From: an uncultured bacterium | Lineage (GTDB): Bacteria; Verrucomicrobiota; Verrucomicrobiia; Limisphaerales; UBA8199 | Assembly: GCA_963749495.1 (NCBI GenBank) | Contig: CAVVMW010000029.1 | Location: forward strand, 1 to 64,000 | Direction of reading: 5' to 3' | Length of the DNA stretch: 64,000 nt | Program-made: the position numbers and the translations under genes | Shown: piece by piece, positions 42,794-52,248 of the stretch | Layout of the letters: each line of letters opens with the position of its first letter | Numbering within the stretch: position 1 is the first letter of the stretch | The notes under the pieces: model-generated | The model's input: the letters and a program-made list of their open reading frames with translations, nothing else | The model's database searches: none | What the model was told of the DNA's origin: nothing

Positions 42794-44794
42794 ATGAAGT
42801 TGCTGATCCTCCTATTCTCTGTGGTATTTGCATGGGCTTCCTGGGGGGAAGAGACCAATGTGGTATTCTTCGATGACTTTGAAACGCCCTCTCCGCAAAG
42901 CCCGCCATCTGGGTGGGCGATGTGGGGCGCCGAGGAGTTCAAAGTGCCCGCCAATTACACGCGAGACACCGCTCAACCGCACGAAGGGCAGGGGTGCTTC
43001 CGCATCCACCACCCGGCCAACACGGGCGGCTATGTCGTGTCCGCGCCCAGCCGCGCGATTCGGCCAAGGCCGCAAATGATCTACACCGTGTCGTTCTGGG
43101 CGCGCGCCGATAAGCCCGGAAAGGCCCTCTTCCACTGGACGGCTTACCGGAGCATTCAGCCCTTCGCCGATGCGCCCTCGCCCGGGTCGCTCGCCTGCAA
43201 GGTCGGTGGCGATTGGAGGCCGTTCACGTGCTCTATTCGGGAGGGCCTCGACTTCTTCGCCGACCAAAGCCGGTTCCTGCTTCTGTCGTTCCACGCGACA
43301 GCCGAACCGGCCGAGGAGCAGACCCTGTGGATTGATGACGTGCGTGTCTCCGAGCAGCCCGACCCCGCCCCGGTGGCTTTGCTCAATGCGGACACCGTTC
43401 CCCATGAGGCGCTCGATCACGGGTTGCGTCCGGGCGAGCGGCTCGAGTTTACGGTCAATCCGACAAACCGGCTGCGCAGCGCCAACGCCGAGGCGGGCGG
43501 GGTTTCCTTTCACCGGGTCTGTGGTTGGACCGGGCAACCCTATAGCCGGAATGGAGATTATACGCTCCGACCGGAGCTGGAAACGGCCATCCGCGAACTG
43601 CGGCTGCCAATGACGCGGTTTTACGCGGTGGGAGACGAACCGTTTGGCGTCGAATCGAGCATCGATAAAGCCGCCGAGGTGTGCCGGCGTGTGGGCGTCG
43701 GGCAAGACCGTTGTGTGCTCGAGTTCGAGGAGCAAAGCGCCAATCGAGCGCTTCCACCGGAGACGTGGGCCCGCGGAGTCAGCCATGCCCTACGGCAGGG
43801 TTACGGGTTTCATCATTGGGAGATTGCCAACGAGCCTTACTCGTCGTTGTGGGGCGAAGGCCAGGCGTTTCCGACCGTCGAGGCGTTTATCAGTCACTTC
43901 AAGGCCGTGAGCGACGCCGTTCGCAAGGTTGACCCGCAAGCCCAGGTGGGCGTGGACATCTACCCGGAGCACGTGCGCTGGGGCAATTACCTGCTCAAGC
44001 AACTGGCCGGCCATTATGATTTCGTGGCCCCGCACTATTATTGCGGCGCCGACGTCCACAAGCTGGGCTTTGAGGAGATCACCCTGACCGAGAACTACCG
44101 GATGCTCGACCGGGCCTTGAGAATCCGGGCCCTGCTGCGCGCCTACAATGGCGGCCGCCAAACCTATCAATATGACACCGAATGGGGCATGATTTGCAGC
44201 GCCCCTGGCGGGAAGGCGGCCGATTACGAAGACCGCAACGCAAACATCGTCGGGACGGTGCACCGGGCGGTGCGGCTGATCTACTACGCGCGCGAGGACA
44301 TCCTGCGGGGTGCCAGCGGCTGGCAGATGCTCAGCGCTCTGAACGGCCAGGGCTTTGGCATCCTCTCCCAGCAAGCGCCGGAGCAGCGGTTCCTGCTCTA
44401 CTGGCTGTATCACTATTTCAACCGCCACGTGGGCGAGTGGGTGCTGCGGATGGACGGCACCGCGCCTTACCACCAACCCCGGCAGGGGACAGAATTCGCG
44501 GGTCCCCTCACGCCGGTGCTGGCCACTCTGAGCCGGGACGGGCGCGAGATGTACCTGGTCATCGCCAACGGCTCATGGACGCGCGCCGTGCCCTGCCACG
44601 TGAAGCTGGAGAATTTCCACGCTGCCAGCGCCCGGGGAATCGTCATCACGAATGACAAACTGGATGGGAAACCACTCTTGCAGAGCAAGGAGGAGGCGGT
44701 TTCCGACTTCCCGGTAAGTGCGGCCGGGAATGAAGCAGACTGCACCGTTCCGCCGCACGCGATTGTCTTTGTGACACTGGCGGGTTCGCAATAA
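42794..44794 (+). CDS. Secreted carbohydrate-binding module plus clan-A-like glycoside hydrolase
   Basis: Signal peptide, CBM-like YTVSFWARA...LWIDDVRV, WEIANEP and YDTEWG glutamate motifs, terminal VPPHAIVFV strand. Confidence 0.75.
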   Translation: MKLLILLFSVVFAWASWGEETNVVFFDDFETPSPQSPPSGWAMWGAEEFKVPANYTRDTAQPHEGQGCFRIHHPANTGGYVVSAPSRAIRPRPQMIYTVSFWARADKPGKALFHWTAYRSIQPFADAPSPGSLACKVGGDWRPFTCSIREGLDFFADQSRFLLLSFHATAEPAEEQTLWIDDVRVSEQPDPAPVALLNADTVPHEALDHGLRPGERLEFTVNPTNRLRSANAEAGGVSFHRVCGWTGQPYSRNGDYTLRPELETAIRELRLPMTRFYAVGDEPFGVESSIDKAAEVCRRVGVGQDRCVLEFEEQSANRALPPETWARGVSHALRQGYGFHHWEIANEPYSSLWGEGQAFPTVEAFISHFKAVSDAVRKVDPQAQVGVDIYPEHVRWGNYLLKQLAGHYDFVAPHYYCGADVHKLGFEEITLTENYRMLDRALRIRALLRAYNGGRQTYQYDTEWGMICSAPGGKAADYEDRNANIVGTVHRAVRLIYYAREDILRGASGWQMLSALNGQGFGILSQQAPEQRFLLYWLYHYFNRHVGEWVLRMDGTAPYHQPRQGTEFAGPLTPVLATLSRDGREMYLVIANGSWTRAVPCHVKLENFHAASARGIVITNDKLDGKPLLQSKEEAVSDFPVSAAGNEADCTVPPHAIVFVTLAGSQ

Positions 44795-44821
44795 ACATCC
44801 CTTCAACAACGCCCAAATCAA

Positions 44822-45862
44822 ATGACCTCCCTGGACCGCATTCGTTGCGCCGCCCGCCGGCAGCCGGTGGACCGGGTTCCGGTCGCGCCCTATATGGGCA
44901 ATCACGGCGCCCGCGTCGCCAGTGTGCCCGTTGGGGAATATTGCCGCTCGGGCCGGCTCATGGCCGAGGCGCAGTATCGCGCCTGGCAGATTTGCGGCCA
45001 GGATGCCGTCGTCGCTCAATCGGACAATCCGATTCTCAACAGAAGGCCACGAAGAAAACGAAGCACCGGGGCCCGAACGCTTTCTTTTCGTCTGTTCAAA
45101 GAGGTTGTGCGGGGATTGGCCGCGGGCCATGCTCGGTCTATGAATGTTTGGCTTCTGTCCGGCCTGACCAGGTGGGGCATCGTGGCGGCATGTCTGCTCA
45201 CAGGCATCGGCTTCGACGGTGCGTGCGCGCCTGTCGTTGCGTCCCCTCCCGCGAGAACCGGGTCGCGCGTGGAGCGAGCTGCCGAAGCGGCAACATACCC
45301 GGATGGACGGCCGGCGGCGAAGTGGCGCCTGGAAGCCCGGGACGAGGGCGTTGTGTTCCGTCACGGCGGGGGTCCGGGGAGTTGCGATGCCCTGGGGGCA
45401 AGAGATGTCTGGGTGTGGCAACATGGCGGGGGTCTGGAGTACACCGACGCCATCTGGGTCTATTGGACCCGGGACCTCACCCGCTGGAACAGCGACCACA
45501 AGGCCGTGGTGCTCGACCGCACCAACTGCAAATGGTCCAAGCACATCGTCGGCCTTCCCTCAGTCGTCAAAGCCGGCAGGCGGTTGGCGATCTTCTACGA
45601 CGGGAACGGTTCAGCGAAAATGCCGGGCGGAGCGAAGAGCCACATGAATCGCGACGTCGGCGTGGCGTGGCTGGACCTGCCACTCATCCCGCCGGCGGAC
45701 CGGGCGGACGAGCCCGTGGTCTCTCCCGAGATCACCGTGGTCAGCTACTACTTCGGCAATTGCTGGAACGAGTGGACCGAAGGTAGCTACCTGGAGCCCA
45801 ACACGGTCAACGGGTTCAGATACCTGGAAGCGGTGCGCGACGTTTTCGCCGAGGATAAGTAG
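44822..45862 (+). pseudogene. In-frame chimera of URO-D family, glycosidase-like and GH99-like fragments
   Basis: VDRVPVAP..AEAQ (URO-D N-terminus); CDALGARD..VGLPSVV..RDVGVAWL; NCWNEWTEGSYLEP..YLEAVR. Confidence 0.65.
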
Positions 45863-45918
45863 CCCAAACGATGCAGGTTGAGCTTGCGCCGCTCTTCCGC
45901 CAATGATTCCCTCACGCG

Positions 45919-48348
45919 ATGAGCAAATTCGGTTTGCTGAGCCTTGGCCTTTTTGCCCTCGCTCAAAGTTGCGCGATCCTTCATGCCAAGCCTGTTGACG
46001 TGACCCTGGCCAAAGGAGATGTGCTGCGGGTCGAGGTGGTGACGCCCAATATCCTTCGGGTGCGGTTGGCGGCGGATGGACGGTTTGAGCCGTCGTTGAT
46101 GGAACGGTATGGGATCGTAAGAACTGACTGGCCCGCCGGCGACTTTACGACGCGCGCCGAGGGCGGGAGCACCACCCTCGAGACGGCCGCTGGTTCGTTG
46201 TCCGTGCGCACAAAGGACGGCCAGATGCAGTTGCGCGGTCGCGGAGGAGAAATCCTCTGCGACCAGATTCTGCCCCAAGGCACTCGCTGGAGCGAAGCGG
46301 AGCTCCAGGCGTTCAAAAAGCGTCAGGCCTCCTTGGCCGAGTATTTTCGCGGTGAAAAGCGGAAGGAGGGACAGGTTCAGATCCTTGGCGGCGTTGCCCC
46401 TGACAAAGCGGAATACTCCGATGTCATGCACGAGTTCTTCCTGCCGGCCAACTCCTTCGGGGCGACCTTCAGTCTGCGAGCAGATGAGCGGCTGTACGGG
46501 CTGGGCACGGCCTCTGCCAAGCGCCTCCAGTTGCGGGGGCACGGCTACCGGCTCTGGACCCAGTACCACGGCAATTTCGGATACCACGGCCAGGGGGCCT
46601 GGGAGCACACCGAAGGACCCATCCCCTTGCTGCTGAGCACCGGCGGGTGGGGCATCTTCGTCAACACTACCTGGGTCCACTATTATGACCTGGGCCGCTA
46701 CGAGGCCGACCGGGCCTTGTTCTGGGGACCGGGCGGTCCGCTGGATTTCTACCTGCTCATCGGGGATTCGTTGCCCAAGCTTATCGAGCTCTACACTGAA
46801 ATCACGGGCAGGCCCCGGTTAATGCCGCAGTTTGCTTATGGCCTCACGTATGTCAGCCAGATCACGCAAAACGAGCACGAGATCCTCAACGACAGCCGGC
46901 TGTTCCGGGAGAAGGGCATTCCTTGCGATATCATCGGGATCGAACCGCAGTGGATGAAAAAAAATTACGATTTTTCGCACGAAACGGAATGGAACCCCAA
47001 CAAGTTCTACGTCCCGGATTGGATGGGGCCGGACTCCAAGGGGGGGACCTTCATCGGGGGATTGGACCGGACGGGTTTCAAACTCTCACTTTGGTCCTGT
47101 TGCAATGATGATCTGACGATGGAAGAGGAACGGCAGGTTGCCCTCCGTGAAGGCCGGGGCAGCGAGTTTCCGAAGGAGCCGGACGCCTGGTTCAATCATT
47201 TCCGGAAGTTTGTGCGGAACGGCGCGCGCTGCTTCAAAATGGACGGGGCCAACGAGATTGAGGAGCATCCCGCCAGGAAATACTACAACGGGCGCAGCGA
47301 CCTGGAGAACCACAACCTCACCCAGGTCCTCTATCACAAGCAGATGTGCCTCGGCTACGAGGCCTTCGCCAAACAACGGGCCATGACCTATTACGGCGCC
47401 GCCTACGCCGGGGTCCAGCACTGGGGCGCCACCTGGATGGGCGACAACGGCGGCGGGCGCAACGCGCTGGTGTGGATGCTCAGCTCCGGCATGAGCGGCC
47501 ACATGAATACCACGTGCGACATGGAGACCCGGGGGCCAGGGCTTCACTTCGGCTTCCTGCAACCGTGGACCCAGCACAGCAACTGGGCTTATACGACTCA
47601 ACCCTGGTTTTTAGGCAAACGTGCCGAAGCGATGTACCGCGACTACGCCCGGCTGCGGTATTCCTTGCTGCCTTACATTTATTCCGCCGCGCACGCCGGG
47701 CATCTGACCTCGATGCCCATCATTCGTGCGATGCCCCTGGTGTATCCCGACAACCTCAAGCTCGCCGATTGCGTGACCGAGTACATGCTCGGGGACAGCC
47801 TGCTGGTCGCCTCGTTTACGGACAAAGTCTATTTGCCCGCCGGCCGCTGGATTGATTATTGGACCGGCGCGGAGTTCGAGGGACCAAGGGAGATGCCGTG
47901 TGTTTATCCTGCGAACCGGGCCGGTGGATTGTTCATCAAGGCCGGCGCCATCATCCCTTACTGGCCCGAAACGGATTTCGTCGGCGAACAAACCGTTAAC
48001 ACTCTCAAGCTCCACGTTTATCCGGAGGGCAAGAGCGACTACACCCTTTACGAAGACGATGGCAATTCCCTGGCTTACCTGAGCGGCGCGGTGGCGGTGA
48101 CGCGAGTCCACTGCGAAACCGGCCCCGGCGCGGTGACTCTCACCGTCGAACCGCGTCAGGGAACCTATGACCGCATGCCCCGGGAGCGCGATTACGAGGT
48201 CTGGATTTGCTCCAAGCCGGCCAGGAAACTCGCCGTCAACGGGAGCCCGGCCGCCGGGGATTACGATGCGGCAGCCAAGGCGACGCGCATCGCCGTGCAG
48301 GAAGATCCCGCACGGAAGGCCGCGATTCGCATTCAATGCGAGTTTTGA
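45919..48348 (+). CDS. GH31 glycoside hydrolase with C-terminal DUF5110-like domain
   Basis: LYTEITGRP, IPCD, FKMDG, WMGDN, LRYSLLPYIYS, YTLYEDDG. Confidence 0.9.
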   Translation: MSKFGLLSLGLFALAQSCAILHAKPVDVTLAKGDVLRVEVVTPNILRVRLAADGRFEPSLMERYGIVRTDWPAGDFTTRAEGGSTTLETAAGSLSVRTKDGQMQLRGRGGEILCDQILPQGTRWSEAELQAFKKRQASLAEYFRGEKRKEGQVQILGGVAPDKAEYSDVMHEFFLPANSFGATFSLRADERLYGLGTASAKRLQLRGHGYRLWTQYHGNFGYHGQGAWEHTEGPIPLLLSTGGWGIFVNTTWVHYYDLGRYEADRALFWGPGGPLDFYLLIGDSLPKLIELYTEITGRPRLMPQFAYGLTYVSQITQNEHEILNDSRLFREKGIPCDIIGIEPQWMKKNYDFSHETEWNPNKFYVPDWMGPDSKGGTFIGGLDRTGFKLSLWSCCNDDLTMEEERQVALREGRGSEFPKEPDAWFNHFRKFVRNGARCFKMDGANEIEEHPARKYYNGRSDLENHNLTQVLYHKQMCLGYEAFAKQRAMTYYGAAYAGVQHWGATWMGDNGGGRNALVWMLSSGMSGHMNTTCDMETRGPGLHFGFLQPWTQHSNWAYTTQPWFLGKRAEAMYRDYARLRYSLLPYIYSAAHAGHLTSMPIIRAMPLVYPDNLKLADCVTEYMLGDSLLVASFTDKVYLPAGRWIDYWTGAEFEGPREMPCVYPANRAGGLFIKAGAIIPYWPETDFVGEQTVNTLKLHVYPEGKSDYTLYEDDGNSLAYLSGAVAVTRVHCETGPGAVTLTVEPRQGTYDRMPRERDYEVWICSKPARKLAVNGSPAAGDYDAAAKATRIAVQEDPARKAAIRIQCEF

Positions 48349-48720
48349 AGAAGGCTCATCCCCCATCGGTCGAAGCCTCGAAATGAAATATCGGATACCG
48401 GAAATGGGGCCGCGATGGCCGCTTTTCAGCGTGGTTGACCAATGTCCCCATGCGGGCCGTAGTGGGCAAGCTGGACCCCACCTCTCGTAACTGAACATCG
48501 CCTCTTTCCAGCTATTCATCATTGATGGCGGCAGTCTGGCATGCCCGGGGAACAGTGCCCCGGCAACACCGCTCACTGCCGTCCGTGCAAGGCCTTTTGG
48601 TTCCACCGGCGAAGCCATGAATTCATGCGACAATTTGACCATGCGAATTCGGCAAGCTCAAGTGAATGCTTAGTCTCCCCAAGGCCGCTGAACTGCCTCG
48701 ACTCGAACTTGCTCCATCCC

Positions 48721-49662
48721 TTAAAGTGTCTGCGACGGGGATCTGGCAGGTGGATGGGTGGAGTGTTCATGCGGCGACAAAGCCTGAATCACTGCCCCGT
48801 ACGCCGGCTTGGGCTGAAGCTTTCGGTCAAACAGCAACGGATAATTCGTGCGCCTTTTCGGGTGACCGTTCAGCCACGACTGCCTGTCTTCGACGCCCCA
48901 GAAGGTCACGCGCGGAATGAGATCTCGGTGTCTGTGGAACACCGCAAAGAGCTCCGCGTAGCGCCTTGCCTGCTTTTCAAGAACGCTGCCAGGGATGCCT
49001 GCCTGATACGGATTGCCGCCGTTCCACGCCAGCACGTCCACATCCAGCTCCGTGACGATCACCTTGATCCCCTCCTTCCCCAAGGCCTCGATCCCCGCGT
49101 CGATGGTCCTCGCATCAGGGTGATGCAGGTGCCAATGCCCCTGAATCCCGATGGCGTCCAGCCTTGCCGCCGCCCCCTTGAGACTGCGAATCAATCGAAT
49201 CACCTTTGGAAGCTTCACCGGATCTTCCACGTTGTAATCGTTGTAATAGAGCGCCACCTCCGGCTCCGCTTCCTGCGCAAACTCGAACGCCTTCCGCACA
49301 TAATCCTCCCCAATCGCCCGCAAAGCCGGTGTGTCGCGCAAATATTCCCGGCGCTCGTCACTGATCGCTTCGTTCACCACATCCCAGCAGCTCAGTTTCC
49401 CTTTGAAGGGCTTTGCCACCGTCTCGATATGCCTCTGCAGGTTCGCCAGCGCTTGCTCCCGCGACAGCGGCTTATGGTCCCCATTCTCGAACATCCACGA
49501 GGGTGTCAAATGATTCCAGCACAGCATGTGGCCGGTCAGCGGCAACCCGTGCTCCTGAGCAAAAGCCGCAATCCGATCGGCCGCTTCGAACGTGAAGCGA
49601 CCCGGTTCCGGCTGTAGAAAACGAGGCATGAACTCGCATTCCGCCGTCAGACAATCAAACTG
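48721..49662 (-). pseudogene. GH10 endo-1,4-beta-xylanase lacking signal peptide and start
   Basis: GHMLCW, WDVVNE, YYNDYN, GIQGH, TELDV, RVTFWG, PLLFD. The frame opens after a TAG at QFDCLTAE. Confidence 0.88.
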
Positions 49663-49680
49663 CTAAAGGCATCGATGCCC

Positions 49681-51681
49681 TCATGGCGGGGACTTTGTTG
49701 GCGGGTGGGCCTCGTACACCTCGAGGTTGACCGGTTCCGGCAGTTCCGGCCCGGTCAGCGGTTGGATGAGGAAATTGTCAAAGAGCCCCTGGTTCCAACC
49801 GGTCCCCAGGCCGGCCTGGCCCCTGCGGTAGGTCCAATCGTCCACCGTCGTGAGTGCGAGATCGTCCGCCAGCGCGGTGATGCGGCGGCCGACAAAGCAC
49901 AATTCCAGCTTGTGCCAACTGCCAGGGCTGAAATCGGCCTGGCCCGCGGCCAGAGTGCGCGTGAATGCCTTGAGGGCCCAGTGGCCATCCGTGCCGATGC
50001 TCAGCCAATAGCCTTTGGCTGGCTCGGCGCTCTGCGGTGACGCACAGACGCGCCCCCACACGGACACCGTTCCGGCGGTTTCCACCCAGGCATCACAACT
50101 TACTTTGTAATTGCGCCAATTCGGCGAGCCGATGAGCGAGTACGGTTCCGGGGTGGGGTGAAAGGGCCAGTCAATGTTCCGCCGGGCGACCACCTGGCGC
50201 AGGGCGTGGCCGGCGCCGTCGGGCCGCTGGCACACCTCGAACACACCTCCCTGATCGGAGAAATAGCGGGCGTATTTCCCGACCGCGCCGGATTCGAAGC
50301 CGTCGGCGTAAGGCAGCGGGAATTCCGACGAAGGCGGGCTCTCGCTACGGCCCTTTTGTTGTCCGGTGGTCGTCGTGAGCGAATAGACCGAATCCGGTTC
50401 CGCTGTGAGGGTGAATGAATCGCCGTTCGGGGGAACGTCCCCCGCCGGATCGAATTGGCTACGTTCATTGCTGTGCCAAATGTGCAGTGGCTTCTTGGCG
50501 AGTCCATTCGCCACGCGGAAGACGAGCGTCTGCGGCTCCTTTGCATCCATTGTCTCCACAATGATGCTGTAATCCTCCGGAGTCGAGGCACTGTGCAGTG
50601 TAACGCAACTGCCACCGCCGGGCAGGGAGACGCAGCCCGAGTCCATATACTTCCAGCCGGGTTGGGCGAACTGGGTCGTGTGGGCGATGACCCAGGTAGC
50701 CGGCTGCACTTCATAATGGCCGGACCAAGGCTCCTTTGCCATCATCGGACCGGAGTTGGGCAGCGGCAAGGTGTCATAGTAGGAGGTGACGAGGCTCCAG
50801 ATGACGGTCTTGGTCATTCGCCCCTGGACATAGTTGCGATTGAAGACCCGCGCGAGTTGCCGCGCGCCCTGCCAGTCCCCGCGCCACGGCCCATCTTCGC
50901 TCGACCACACCCGTTTGCCCGTGGCCAGCGCCTCCGGCGTGGACTTGAAGCCCACATAATGCGCGCCAATCACCTGGACTGCGTTCATCAGTTCCGGGTC
51001 GGAGTCCATTTCCCGGGCGATACGCCAGGGATCGTTGCCGGTCTGGTCCGAGGCCACGATCTGGACGCGCGGCAGGTTGGCGCGATCCAGGCTGCGGCGC
51101 AGGAGCTTGATCCACGCGGTATTGTGGGGCGTCTCATTCCAGATGCCGCAATAGTTGATCTCGATCCCGTGGTATTGGCGGGCTCCCTTGATGAACGACA
51201 CGATGAAATCCGCGTTGTCCTGGCTGAAGAACTTCTCGGCGTCAGACTTCCCCCGGCCAATCCAGCCGGGCGCGCCCCACTGGAGAATATCCGTGATGAT
51301 CGCCGGGTTGCGCTGCCTGGCTTCGCGCAGCAGCCACCATTCACAGCCGCGGTCGAAATATTCGGGCTGGGGATGCTCGAACTCCGCGCGGGTTCGTGCA
51401 TGGCTCGGTTCGGTGCCGTCCGTGGAATTGACATCCCCGCCGATCTCGACCTTGAGGTGATGGAAGGCGGCGCCAAATTTCGGTTTGAACAGGAAATCCA
51501 GCACCTGGCTGCGCTGGGGTTCAGGATACTCCATGAGCAGCCGCGAGGACGCGCCGGCGCTCAGGGCGCCGAGGCCCTCGAAGGTCCGCCCCGATGAGGC
51601 TGGATCCAGCGTGATCTGGATTTGAGCCGCGCTCCCGGAGGCGCCGACGAGCAAGACCAAGGAGGCTAAGATCGGTTTCAT
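49681..51681 (-). CDS. GH59 galactosylceramidase-like glycoside hydrolase
   Basis: Signal peptide, [59 protein letters not shown]. Confidence 0.9.
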   Translation of the reverse strand: MKPILASLVLLVGASGSAAQIQITLDPASSGRTFEGLGALSAGASSRLLMEYPEPQRSQVLDFLFKPKFGAAFHHLKVEIGGDVNSTDGTEPSHARTRAEFEHPQPEYFDRGCEWWLLREARQRNPAIITDILQWGAPGWIGRGKSDAEKFFSQDNADFIVSFIKGARQYHGIEINYCGIWNETPHNTAWIKLLRRSLDRANLPRVQIVASDQTGNDPWRIAREMDSDPELMNAVQVIGAHYVGFKSTPEALATGKRVWSSEDGPWRGDWQGARQLARVFNRNYVQGRMTKTVIWSLVTSYYDTLPLPNSGPMMAKEPWSGHYEVQPATWVIAHTTQFAQPGWKYMDSGCVSLPGGGSCVTLHSASTPEDYSIIVETMDAKEPQTLVFRVANGLAKKPLHIWHSNERSQFDPAGDVPPNGDSFTLTAEPDSVYSLTTTTGQQKGRSESPPSSEFPLPYADGFESGAVGKYARYFSDQGGVFEVCQRPDGAGHALRQVVARRNIDWPFHPTPEPYSLIGSPNWRNYKVSCDAWVETAGTVSVWGRVCASPQSAEPAKGYWLSIGTDGHWALKAFTRTLAAGQADFSPGSWHKLELCFVGRRITALADDLALTTVDDWTYRRGQAGLGTGWNQGLFDNFLIQPLTGPELPEPVNLEVYEAHPPTKSPP

Positions 51682-52019
51682 GTCCGCGCGCCTGAAAAGT
51701 ACCACAATCGGCCGGCAAAGCGATAGCGCAAACCGGGGGGCCGGGATACCAGCCGCGCGTGGGCCGATCACCTGCCTGCCGGGAAGGTGGAGTTCTTGGA
51801 TCAGTTTCTGCCGCCCTATGAGGCTTGAGCAGGTCATCCCGAGTCCGACGGCTCCGTGTCACCTGACGGCTCGCAGAAGAACTGCGAATGCGCAGCGGTC
51901 ATGGCGCGGGTCATGTTCCTCAATCGAGAAATCTTCTTTGAATGATGCCATTGAAATATGAGCCACACTAACAATTAAACGGGCCGCTTTTGACCCCTTT
52001 AAAAACCCCTAAGACTCAA

Positions 52020-52045
52020 ATGCCGGTGCATGCCGGCTCATGCCG
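52020..52045 (+). repeat. ATGCCG x3 at 10-bp period (possible recombinase arm or accessory sites)
   Basis: atgccggtgc atgccggctc atgccg at 52020, 52030 and 52040, about 70 bp left of the tRNA fragment. Confidence 0.45.
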
Positions 52046-52110
52046 CTGGTTTTTGCAACCCCTTCCACCACAATGTATAACAACTTGATACTCAAGTGCT
52101 TAGCAACGCT

Positions 52111-52163
52111 GCACCTGACTTCGGATCAGAAGGTTGCAGGTTCGAGTCCTGCCGGACGCGCCA
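52111..52163 (+). tRNA. 3' fragment of tRNA-Arg(TCG), probable att-site duplication rather than a functional gene
   Basis: Anticodon arm ctga-ctTCGga-tcag, T arm gcagg-ttcgagt-cctgc, acceptor 3' strand cggacgc-g-CCA. The matching 5' strand GCGTCCG and the D arm are absent. Confidence 0.85.
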
Positions 52164-52248
52164 TTTTTACTGGGGATTTTGAGGATTTTTGCCGAACGAA
52201 AGTCGACAAAAAGCTTCGACCCATATAGAAACCCCGAAGACCAAAACC

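Noticed and set aside
52090..52163. Complete functional tRNA-Arg gene
   Set aside because: Upstream sequence lacks the GCGTCCG acceptor strand and a D arm, so only a fragment is reported.
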